64,000 nucleotides of DNA from a virus (taxonomy: Duplodnaviria > Heunggongvirae > Uroviricota > Caudoviricetes), in the IMG/VR virus record IMGVR_UViG_3300037487_000968, positions 1 through 64,000 of that record; one strand, written 5' to 3'. Position numbers and translations under genes: made by a program. Each line of letters begins with the position of its first letter. Position 1 is the stretch's first letter. The notes beneath the pieces were generated by a model. The model did no database searches, had not been told where the DNA came from, and saw only the letters and a program-made list of their open reading frames with translations. Below are positions 16,170-24,853 of the stretch, in pieces.

Positions 16170-16688
16170 TTATCCTTTATTTCTTAAATTTTGTGCATCA
16201 CGTCTTGCCTGTGTCCACGGTTTGCCTTTTTTAGTGATAGATATTTTTATATAACGGCCATCATCTTTTCTTCCAATATTTGCCTGACGAACTTTTTCAG
16301 CATGTTCTGCTGTTTTCGTCCCTTTATAATTTGCTCTTTGTTCTTCTGTCCTAATTTTTCCTAAGTTTCCTAGAGAAATTTTTAATTTTGTTTCTTCGTT
16401 CTGTTTCTTTCCTAACATGCCTCTAGGACTTGCATGTCCGCCGTGAATTTTATTTTCAAGAATACCAGTACCATCAATTAATAATCCAAATTTTTCTGTA
16501 AGTTGTCGTTCTAATACCAATGCATCAACTTCTGTCATACATTCTTGTATAAATTGTCTAAATGCTCTCTTAGGTAATTTATACCCAGGATGTGGATCAT
16601 TAACTCGTGTACCGTGTCCATACCCAATATAGTATGGAGATCCATCTTCTCGAATGTATTGATAGACATAAAAAATAGTTTCCGACAT
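16170..16688 (-). CDS. Free-standing GIY-YIG/NUMOD3-type homing endonuclease
   Basis: N-terminal FYVYQY…PYYIGYG…R, followed by NUMOD3-like GKKQNEETKLKIS and RTEEQRA repeats. Confidence 0.8.
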   Translation of the reverse strand: MSETIFYVYQYIREDGSPYYIGYGHGTRVNDPHPGYKLPKRAFRQFIQECMTEVDALVLERQLTEKFGLLIDGTGILENKIHGGHASPRGMLGKKQNEETKLKISLGNLGKIRTEEQRANYKGTKTAEHAEKVRQANIGRKDDGRYIKISITKKGKPWTQARRDAQNLRNKG

Positions 16689-16689
16689 A

Positions 16690-19600
16690 TTATGCTTGTA
16701 CTCTTGCGTATTTTAGGATATCTTTATTAACTGATACTAAGTTATTTGTACTTAGTAGAAGTTGCTCTAATAACGAACTTTGATAACCAAGTGCAGTATT
16801 TATGCCTGTGTCGGCACTTGTCTTCTCTATTCCGGCGCCGTTTGCTTGTATACTCTCTTTTGGTGTTGCTTGCTCACCTTTAGAACCCTCTGCTGTCGAT
16901 ACTTGAGACGGACTGTTAAGTTCGGATGCCTTTGGTGTATTTGGCGTGCTCACACCTGCAGTTGATGTTGGTGCCGGCAGAGATACTGATCCTATCTTAG
17001 CTAATGCGCCAAATGCTAATGCTTTTACTATATCAATACCATTAATGGTTTCTACAATAGATTTTAATGTATCTAGTCCTGTAAATGCGCCCAATGAACC
17101 CGACAATGTATCTAATCCCGTTGATAATGAAATAAATGCGTTAGCTGAAGATTCTAATCCCGGTGCAAGGACAGATAATACCGATGATAAAATTTGTATT
17201 CCACTACCGGCAATACCAGCGGCTAATCCAAATGCTAATAATGCCATAGCACTTATATCGGTTAGTGCTGTTATACCAAGCGCAACATCTGTTAAACTTT
17301 CTCCATCTAATTCACCTAGTGGAACTAAACCTGCTGCCAATTCTGCTATTCCCGGTGCCGCAATACCAGCTGTCACCCCAAATGCTAATAACGCTACAGC
17401 ACTTATATCAGTTAATGCTTTTATTCCCGGTGCAATACTTAATAAACTACTAGCATCTAATTCACCTAGTGGAACTAAACCTGCTGCCAATTCTGCTATT
17501 CCCGGTGCCGCAATACCAGCGGCTAATCCAAATGCTAATAATGCCATAGCACTTATATCAGTTAATGCTTTTATTCCCGGTGCAATACTTAATAAACTAC
17601 TAGCATCTAATTCACCTAGTGGTACTAGACCTGCTGCCAATTCGATTATGCCAGGTGCGGCCGTACCAGCTGCCAATCCAAATGCTAATAGTTTTATAGC
17701 ATTTATATTAGATAAAGCGTCAATACCGGGCACGACACCTAATAAACTCTCGCCATCTAGTTCACCAATTGGAACTAGACCTGCTGCTAATTCTGCTATT
17801 CCAGGACCAGCAATACCAGCAGCTAATCCAAATGCTAATAATGCTATAGCACTTATATCAGCTAATGCTTCTATTCCAGGCGCGACACCTAATAAACTCT
17901 CGCCATCTAGTTCACCAATTGGGACTAAACCTTCTGCTAATATACTTATTCCAGGCCCAGCAATACCAGCAGCTAACCCAAATGCTAATAGTTTCATAGC
18001 ATTTATATTAGACAACGAATTTATGCCAACTGAATTAACTATTAATGCAATACCGTTTAATTTACTAAGTGGTACAAGACCTGCTGCTAATTCTGCTATT
18101 CCAGGACCAGCAATACCAGCAGCTAATCCAAACGCCATCAGCTTTATGGCATTTATATTAGACAACGAATCTATACCTATTGCATTAATTATTAATGCAA
18201 CACCGTCTACTTTACTAAGTGGTACTAATCCTGTTGCTAATTCGATTATACCAGGTGCTGAAATACTAGCGGCTAACCCGAATGCCATTAACCGTATGGC
18301 ATTTATATTAGATAATAAATTTATACCAATGGCATTAAGTATCAATGCAACACCATCTATTTTACCAAGTGGTACTAGACCTGCTGCGAGTAATTTTATT
18401 CCTTCGCCTGCTTTATCACCTACATATCCTAACCCTAGTAATCCAATTACGCTCACACTTGAAAGTTCATTTATACCCATTGCAACTGTGAATAAATTAA
18501 ATCCATCTATTTCGTTGAGTATAGCAAGACCTTCTGCTAATGCTTTTATACCGGGTGCAGCAACTAATGCCGAAAGGCCAAATGCCATTAATTTAATTTT
18601 GCCGGCAGCGGTTAATGCATCTATACCTTTTGCAAGACTAGCTAGATTTGCACCTTTTAATGGCTCTAATAATGCGAGACCTTCTGCTAATAGTTTTATA
18701 CCCGGTCCTGCAACTAGTGCTGCTATACCAAACGCTAATAACCCTGGAGCACCTATTAATAACCCAATAGATGCAAGGCCTGCTGCTGCACCTAATGCTA
18801 TTAAACCTCCGGCAACTTTAAGCATATCAGTGAATCCAATGCCGGCAAAAGCTTGCATGCCTTCGCCTATTAATTTAAGGCCATATCCTACACCAATTAT
18901 TCCGGGTGTGGCTATTAATGCTGCTGTACCTAAAGCTAATAATCCTGCTGATGCTATCAACATAAACGGTAATGCTATTGCAAGAGTGACAGCTAATGCA
19001 GCAATACCTGCGCCTACTCCTACTAATCCTACAAACCCTACAGTGGCAAGATTTGAAATTGCTTCGCTCATTATTTTAAATGCAAGACTAACACCGAGTA
19101 ATCCGGGTGTAGCTATTAATGCTGCTACACCTATTGCTATTAAACCTACTGACCCTGCTATTAAAAACGGAGTTGCTAATGCTAATGCAATAGATAACCC
19201 TGTTAATCCTACTGCCATGCCTAATAAACCTGCAACACCTATTGCACTAAGTTTTTCAAGGCTCGATGATAACATCATTAAGCCCGGGCTGGCTATTAAT
19301 GCAGCCACACCTAGTGCTGTTAATCCAACTGAACTTACTACCAATAACGGTGCTGCCAATCCTAGTGCAACACCAAACATAGTTAATGATGCTGCCACAC
19401 CTAATAAATCGTTTGCTTTAATGTCTGTGAGTGACTTTAATCCCCATGCTAACATTTTAATTGGTATAGCGGCAACTAATGCTGCTGCACCAAAAACTAT
19501 TAATCCAGGTGCTGCCATTATCAACAGAGGTGTTGCTAATATAAGAGCCGCAGCAAGGCTAGATATTCCTAAAGCAATACCTGCTATTTGCAACCCACTA

Positions 19601-21885
19601 ATTTCACTTAATCCTTTAAGACCTTGTGCTAATAAAGCTATTCCGGGACCTGCCACTAGTGATGCTGCGCCTAACGCTAATAATCCTATTGATCCTATTA
19701 TTAAAGCTGGTGCTGCAATTGATAGTCCTACACCGAGTCCTATAAGGGCTGCTGTAATACCTAATATCTGCATACCACTAACATTTTTTAAAGAATCTAA
19801 TCCTTTACCTAACATTTCGAAACCCGAACCGATCGATTGTATGCCGGCACCCAATAGCCAAAGAGATGCACCCATTACTGCTAATGCAGCGGCACCTGCT
19901 AATATAGCAACAGTTCCTACGCCGGTGCTCATTATAGCACCTAATCCCATTACGGCTAATGTTAAGCCTACTATAGCCACGCCTGCTTTTGCTAAATCTT
20001 CCCAACTTACTTTAGTAAATTCAGCGACTGCTTTTCCTGTAATCCATAGAGCGGCTGCAATACCCGCTAATGCAGACACACCTAATAAAACTTTTGGATT
20101 GCCTAATGCTTTTAATCCATCTGCTAATCCTATTAAAAATCCTTTAACACCTTTACCTAATCCTTTACCAATATCGCCAATACCTTTGCCAATCTTACCC
20201 ATTAGGTTACTGCCTTTACTACTCTTACCACCGGCGCGATCTGCTAAACTTTCAGTGACATGTGTTGTACCTTTCTTACCTGCTCCACCAAATGCCTTAG
20301 CCTTCATTGCCGATGTAATAGCAGTTAATGCAGTACCGAATAAATCTAAACTCTTATATAACGCAATACCTATAACTCCGATACCTATCCAGGCAGTTAA
20401 ATCGATGCCATCCGCGACACCGAATACTTTTAATACCGCTGATAGCCCGTCTGATAATTTATTGAATCCCCAAATAATAAATTCTAGTGGTGCTATTATA
20501 AGTTTCAAAACAGTAGTAAGTGCATTTAACATGGTAGCGGTTGGGCCAAATGCTCTTTGTAATAGAGATTTAAGATTTTCCCATGCTGTTGCAAGGTCTT
20601 TACTTGCCTTATTACTTGCCATTAATCGCTGTACTTCTTCTTCTTTAAGCGGTTTAATTGCATCTGCCTGCTGTGTTAATCCTACAATAAAATCTAATGA
20701 TGCCCCAGCGCCTTCAACACCGGCTTGCTTTAGCATATTTAATCGTTGCTTTTCTGCTTCAAGTTCGCCGCGATGTGCTTTTATATATTCTTTCATTTGT
20801 TGAGCTTGCATTTCTTCAGGCATGCCTTTCAGCCCTTCAGCAAAGGAAGCAAATGATTGGGCAAACCCACCCATACCTACTTTCTGAAGATTCATAAATG
20901 TTTCATTCAGTGGTTTAATAGGGTCTGTCATTAATTTTAAGATCTGCTTTGCTATATTTTGATCTTTAAACGATGATAAGAAAGCACCAACTCCTTGCGC
21001 TGCTTTGCTGCCAATTTGCCCATTCAATAAGTTTGCCTCAGTGCTCTTCGAAATTGATTCTATGTTGGCCATAATAGCCGCCCGAGACATCCCAGTAGCC
21101 ATTGTTAATCTAAAAATACCTGCGCCGAACTTTTGTAAGCCTTCTGATGTTTCGGCAGCAGTTTTAAGATTTACATCTGCTGAATTCTGCTGCACACTTA
21201 AATATGAACCTAATAGATCAGCAGATTCCTTACTTGAAAATCCAAATTGAGTTAAATTAGCACTTGCCATACCTACTGTCTTAGCAAATTTTCCAACACC
21301 GAAAGAATTTACAGAGGAACTATACTTCGCCATTGATGCTGCAAGTTCTGTGAATCTAACCCCCGTTTCTGCTGTAAGTTGGCGCAATGATTGAAAACCA
21401 TCCTTGGCTCCAGCAAATCCACTTATAACATTAACACCAGCAGCAGTTAGCTCATCAAATGTTTTTACATTATCTTCAAAAGCCTGCTTAATTGCTAGGC
21501 CAGATTTAATTATAGCAGAATTAAGAAATATTTGACTGTCAAAGTTATCTTTTTCTGATCTCCAACGCTTCTTTTGTCTTTTAGATTCTTCATCTACTTC
21601 TCTATTACGTTTTTTACGTCTAGGATCTTCGGATTCCAAATCTTTAATTAATTTTTCAAGTTCGGTCCTTGCCTTCTTCATATCCTCCGGCGTAAGACCG
21701 GTACCGCCTGCTGTGGCTGTTTTTAATAATTGAGCAAATGTTTTGGAGTGAATTCCGAGAGATTTTCTGAGAATGGCTTCTATTGACTCTGATGTCTTTT
21801 CAGTAGCCCACGGAGGAAGTTTCTCTAATTCATCAGAAATTGCACCTTCTGCAATGCCAGTAATATAAACAGAATTATCAGCCAT
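16690..21885 (-). CDS. Tape measure protein
   Basis: 1731 aa with a helical N-terminal half and a long A/G/L/I-rich hydrophobic repeat region; divergent from the gp26-like chaperone. Confidence 0.8.
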   Translation of the reverse strand: MADNSVYITGIAEGAISDELEKLPPWATEKTSESIEAILRKSLGIHSKTFAQLLKTATAGGTGLTPEDMKKARTELEKLIKDLESEDPRRKKRNREVDEESKRQKKRWRSEKDNFDSQIFLNSAIIKSGLAIKQAFEDNVKTFDELTAAGVNVISGFAGAKDGFQSLRQLTAETGVRFTELAASMAKYSSSVNSFGVGKFAKTVGMASANLTQFGFSSKESADLLGSYLSVQQNSADVNLKTAAETSEGLQKFGAGIFRLTMATGMSRAAIMANIESISKSTEANLLNGQIGSKAAQGVGAFLSSFKDQNIAKQILKLMTDPIKPLNETFMNLQKVGMGGFAQSFASFAEGLKGMPEEMQAQQMKEYIKAHRGELEAEKQRLNMLKQAGVEGAGASLDFIVGLTQQADAIKPLKEEEVQRLMASNKASKDLATAWENLKSLLQRAFGPTATMLNALTTVLKLIIAPLEFIIWGFNKLSDGLSAVLKVFGVADGIDLTAWIGIGVIGIALYKSLDLFGTALTAITSAMKAKAFGGAGKKGTTHVTESLADRAGGKSSKGSNLMGKIGKGIGDIGKGLGKGVKGFLIGLADGLKALGNPKVLLGVSALAGIAAALWITGKAVAEFTKVSWEDLAKAGVAIVGLTLAVMGLGAIMSTGVGTVAILAGAAALAVMGASLWLLGAGIQSIGSGFEMLGKGLDSLKNVSGMQILGITAALIGLGVGLSIAAPALIIGSIGLLALGAASLVAGPGIALLAQGLKGLSEISGLQIAGIALGISSLAAALILATPLLIMAAPGLIVFGAAALVAAIPIKMLAWGLKSLTDIKANDLLGVAASLTMFGVALGLAAPLLVVSSVGLTALGVAALIASPGLMMLSSSLEKLSAIGVAGLLGMAVGLTGLSIALALATPFLIAGSVGLIAIGVAALIATPGLLGVSLAFKIMSEAISNLATVGFVGLVGVGAGIAALAVTLAIALPFMLIASAGLLALGTAALIATPGIIGVGYGLKLIGEGMQAFAGIGFTDMLKVAGGLIALGAAAGLASIGLLIGAPGLLAFGIAALVAGPGIKLLAEGLALLEPLKGANLASLAKGIDALTAAGKIKLMAFGLSALVAAPGIKALAEGLAILNEIDGFNLFTVAMGINELSSVSVIGLLGLGYVGDKAGEGIKLLAAGLVPLGKIDGVALILNAIGINLLSNINAIRLMAFGLAASISAPGIIELATGLVPLSKVDGVALIINAIGIDSLSNINAIKLMAFGLAAGIAGPGIAELAAGLVPLSKLNGIALIVNSVGINSLSNINAMKLLAFGLAAGIAGPGISILAEGLVPIGELDGESLLGVAPGIEALADISAIALLAFGLAAGIAGPGIAELAAGLVPIGELDGESLLGVVPGIDALSNINAIKLLAFGLAAGTAAPGIIELAAGLVPLGELDASSLLSIAPGIKALTDISAMALLAFGLAAGIAAPGIAELAAGLVPLGELDASSLLSIAPGIKALTDISAVALLAFGVTAGIAAPGIAELAAGLVPLGELDGESLTDVALGITALTDISAMALLAFGLAAGIAGSGIQILSSVLSVLAPGLESSANAFISLSTGLDTLSGSLGAFTGLDTLKSIVETINGIDIVKALAFGALAKIGSVSLPAPTSTAGVSTPNTPKASELNSPSQVSTAEGSKGEQATPKESIQANGAGIEKTSADTGINTALGYQSSLLEQLLLSTNNLVSVNKDILKYARVQA
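17210..18400 (-). repeat. 150-nt (50 aa) tandem repeat array inside the tape measure gene
   Basis: Anchor TTCACCTAGT at 17311, 17461 and 17611; TTCACCAATT at 17761 and 17911; TTTACTAAGT at 18061 and 18211; TTTACCAAGT at 18361. Confidence 0.9.
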
Positions 21886-21908
21886 ATGTTTCTTTGATTA
21901 AGTCCCGT

Positions 21909-21944
21909 GATAAATAAGATAAATAGTATTCGATACTATTTATC
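21909..21944. promoter_or_regulatory. Palindromic, face-to-face late promoters serving the tape measure gene (-) and the gp26-like gene (+)
   Basis: GATAAATA at 21909 and 21918; perfect 12-bp inverted repeat GATAAATAGTAT-TCG-ATACTATTTATC at 21918-21944. Confidence 0.75.
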
Positions 21945-21966
21945 AAATATTTTAAGAGGAAGAATT

Positions 21967-22812
21967 ATGGAAAAATTAACACACCAAAATCCGTTAAAAG
22001 GATATTTCAGACAATATAAACTATTTCTAAAATTGCCAAGTGGTACATCTTATTATGCGCCTAACGTAGTAAAATTCACCGATACAGGCGAAATTGGCAT
22101 TATGCCTATGACTGGTAAGGATGAACTTATTTTAAAAAATCCAGATGCATTATTAAACGGTGAAGCATTAACAGAAGTTATTAAAAGTTGTGTTCCCGAA
22201 GTTAGCGATCCACGATCATTATTAACAAATGACATCGATGCATTGATTACGGCTATTCGGTATGCTACATATAATGATGCACTAGAAACAGAATTGGCAT
22301 GCCCAGCCTGCAGTCATAAAAATCTATTTAAGTTAGATTTGCAGTATTCACTAGATAATATGTCTTTCTTGGATTCAGAATATGTTGTTAACCTAGATAG
22401 CGGATTGAGTGTGTTTGTTAAACCGTACGGTTTCCCCGAATTATTAAAGGGATTACATGCACAATTTGAGCAGAGTAAATTGACTCGTGCAATCGAAAAT
22501 GAAAATATTACCGAAGATCAAAGAATGAAACTATTTGCTACAGCATTTAAGGAACTTTCAGTCATTACATATGCGCTAATGGTAAATTCTGTACTAAAGG
22601 TTGTAGATGAAAGTAAAAATATTAATGTAACTAATAAAGACGATATTAAGGAATTCTTACAAAATATTGATAAGAAGAGCAGTGATAAAATTTCTGATTT
22701 GATTAAAGAAATAAATCAGATTGGTATCAAGAGATCATTTACAGCCGTGTGTGATAAGTGCAAGCATAGTTGGGAAAGTGAGGTTGATTTTAATCCTGTA
22801 AATTTTTCATAA
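21967..22812 (+). CDS. Baseplate hub assembly / tail chaperone (T4 gp26-like)
   Basis: NPLKGYFRQ…LKLPSG, PMTGKDELILKNPDALLNGEA, two CxxC motifs (CPAC, CDKC). ATG 21967 follows RBS GAGGA; the track's GTG at 21907 overlaps the promoter. Confidence 0.8.
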   Translation: MEKLTHQNPLKGYFRQYKLFLKLPSGTSYYAPNVVKFTDTGEIGIMPMTGKDELILKNPDALLNGEALTEVIKSCVPEVSDPRSLLTNDIDALITAIRYATYNDALETELACPACSHKNLFKLDLQYSLDNMSFLDSEYVVNLDSGLSVFVKPYGFPELLKGLHAQFEQSKLTRAIENENITEDQRMKLFATAFKELSVITYALMVNSVLKVVDESKNINVTNKDDIKEFLQNIDKKSSDKISDLIKEINQIGIKRSFTAVCDKCKHSWESEVDFNPVNFS

Positions 22813-22817
22813 GGTCC

Positions 22818-23039
22818 TTGATTTTTCTACCTTCCGATAAATTAGGTGACCTAATCCAATCTTATACTAGAGAGGCATTAGTGTTGAAAGAGCAAATAAC
22901 CGACATATGCTTCTTTATGAAGGGTGGGATTGAATGGAATTCAGCTTGGGGTATGAGTTTTGAAGATAGAGAGATTGCTATTCGAACTATCAATAAGCGA
23001 TTAAAAGAACAGAACCCAGGTGGTAAGGAATACATGTAA
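22818..23039 (+). CDS. gp51-like/GT-like chaperone segment, probably expressed as a -1 frameshift extension of the gp26-like gene
   Basis: ICFFMKGGIEWNSAWGMSFEDRE motif. Only a TTG start with no well-spaced SD. The frame is open back to the A_AAT_TTT heptamer at 22800-22806. Confidence 0.7.
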   Translation: MIFLPSDKLGDLIQSYTREALVLKEQITDICFFMKGGIEWNSAWGMSFEDREIAIRTINKRLKEQNPGGKEYM

Positions 23040-23048
23040 GGAATAATT

Positions 23049-23624
23049 ATGCATAAGAAACCAGACACGCAAGAACTCAATATCCCGAGAGATGATGTCG
23101 AGTGCTGGGAACGTTATCCTAAACATCGTTGGGTATATGATTTATCAAGACTTCTTGACGCTCAAAATATTAAATGGAGTCCGTACGAAACTGATTTATT
23201 AAAAGATAAAGAAGTAAATATGTTTCTTGATACCTATAATAATGTAGAGTACGAACCCGGCTATATCTATATCAATAGCCCTCACGGAATTCATGTGATT
23301 ACAGAAGTTTATATCACAAAGGGTGAGATTAAGTTAGCAAGATATATAGACAAAGATACAAATATAGAAATTCAAGATACTATCGGTAATATAGAATTGC
23401 GAATTAATGCATTTATATCTATGCATTTTTTAAAATTCACTGGCATCATTACTATAGAATCAATCGGCAACAATATAATGTCGATTCGTTTGCGTCCCTA
23501 TTCAGAATTCGGGCTTAATGTTAATCCAGACATTGTTAGATTAACAAAGAGAATCTATAAGAAAACTGATATAACAGTAAATGGTCTTACAGACCAAGTC
23601 CTTCACGAAACACTCGCTTCGTAA
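23049..23624 (+). CDS. Hypothetical protein
   Basis: 191 aa ORF with RBS AAGGA and an N-terminal DDVECWERYPKHRWVYD motif; function not recognised. Confidence 0.7.
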   Translation: MHKKPDTQELNIPRDDVECWERYPKHRWVYDLSRLLDAQNIKWSPYETDLLKDKEVNMFLDTYNNVEYEPGYIYINSPHGIHVITEVYITKGEIKLARYIDKDTNIEIQDTIGNIELRINAFISMHFLKFTGIITIESIGNNIMSIRLRPYSEFGLNVNPDIVRLTKRIYKKTDITVNGLTDQVLHETLAS

Positions 23625-24274
23625 ACTCCGCTTCGTTTTTCGTTCGTACTGTTTACTTCGTGATTTAATAGTTATATAGATTATTGACGGAGGAGTCAGA
23701 CCAAGGGTATCCAAAACCTGGATACTGGAAGCCTTGACGGTTTCGCAGACTGTTATATCGGAAAATTTCATAGTGTTGGATTGATTATGTCAACTATCGC
23801 TAATACATATTAGCGTTCCTGAAGGGGTCTAAGGCGTTTTAAAGGCCACACAGACTCAATGCATTGTTACCACTTATAACCAATGATAACGCATTTGGGA
23901 GGGCATACCCGTTTCACGTGCCTCCCACAAACTTAAACTTGATCATCTTACTAAGAACGTGCATAGATCTCTCTGATGCTCTTTTCTTATGATCTTGCCA
24001 CTGCACATTCAGTGGGCCTGGCTGTTGCGCTCCTCTCCGAACGACACGCCAGCGAAATATTAACTAGGCTCGCTAACCTTATAATGTGATATAGAAACTT
24101 TTTTTTGGATTGCTTGAGTAAGAATTGGGCTTGCTTGAATAAACCTATACGCTGTTGGTCATATATGTTCACAGGGTGCGTCAGTCCTGCTATCTTTGTA
24201 ATTTTGCTTGAACAGTTTTTACTGTTACACTATTTTAGCTGTAACAATCTTTTATCATACACAATCTTGATATA
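23625..24274 (-). ncRNA. Putative large structured non-coding RNA (alternatively a replication origin)
   Basis: About 650 nt without a credible ORF between convergent genes, with at least nine stems. Several stems pair G-U on the minus strand but A-C on the plus strand. Confidence 0.55.
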
Positions 24275-24844
24275 CTATGTTGTTTTGATTGAATTCAGTG
24301 AAAACGTCCGCATTTCCTCAATTCGGCGTAGCCAGCCTGCTATATACTTCGATTGAGTTGGTTTCCTTGTTACAATATCTTTATAAAATTGTGCTCGCTG
24401 ATCACATATTTGATTGCACATAGAAACTGCATCTAAACCAGCAATTGATGCTAATGTTTGCTGACCGATGTGCCCGTCATCTTCGGTGCCAGCAGCTCTC
24501 TGTATAAATTTGCTTGCCGTACCTACACCATGATTTACACACCCGTCAAACTGTAATAAAGCAACATGATTAGGAAGTTTATCACATGAGCCTGCTAGCC
24601 AGTATTCTTTATAATATATACTTTCCGCCATATCCCACGTCAGCCCAGCGATATCAATACTCTGATGAGAATTTTTTGCTATACCGTATTTTGTTTCTCC
24701 ACCGGGATCAATAGGATCATTACTATATCCACATTTAGAAAGATTAGTGCCATCTCGAACACCAGGTGCTTCTAGATTCCATGACCCGCCCACTTCGTAC
24801 AACATAAGACGATTTATTGCATTTTCGAATATTTTTGAATACAT
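24275..24844 (-). CDS. Glycoside hydrolase family 108 lysozyme with peptidoglycan-binding domain (endolysin candidate)
   Basis: GYSNDPIDPGGETKYGI, FDGCVNHG, DDGHIGQQT, GWLRRI. Confidence 0.9.
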   Translation of the reverse strand: MYSKIFENAINRLMLYEVGGSWNLEAPGVRDGTNLSKCGYSNDPIDPGGETKYGIAKNSHQSIDIAGLTWDMAESIYYKEYWLAGSCDKLPNHVALLQFDGCVNHGVGTASKFIQRAAGTEDDGHIGQQTLASIAGLDAVSMCNQICDQRAQFYKDIVTRKPTQSKYIAGWLRRIEEMRTFSLNSIKTT

Positions 24845-24853
24845 ATATCTACC

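Noticed and set aside
16946-20803. 1285-aa plus-strand ORF
   Set aside because: Antisense shadow of the tape measure gene; the P/A/N/I-rich translation mirrors its G/A/L codons, and it has no RBS or promoter.
21907-21966. Extended N-termini in the ORF track (starts at 21907, 26598, 27804, 32312, 56594)
   Set aside because: These upstream starts overlap promoter elements or lack an SD; downstream ATGs with a good RBS or translational coupling were preferred.
23625-24274. Group I/II intron, tmRNA, RNase P or tRNA identity for the structured region
   Set aside because: No interrupted gene, and no convincing P7 pair, domain V, GGGG…CCA ends, GAGGAAAGUCC or TTCGAAT T-loop cloverleaf was seen. 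A GATATAACAGTC segment only loosely resembles a group I S element.
23541-24356. Short ORFs 23541..23771(-), 23987..24172(-) and 24105..24356(+)
   Set aside because: Short, no clear RBS, atypical composition, and overlapping real genes or hairpins.
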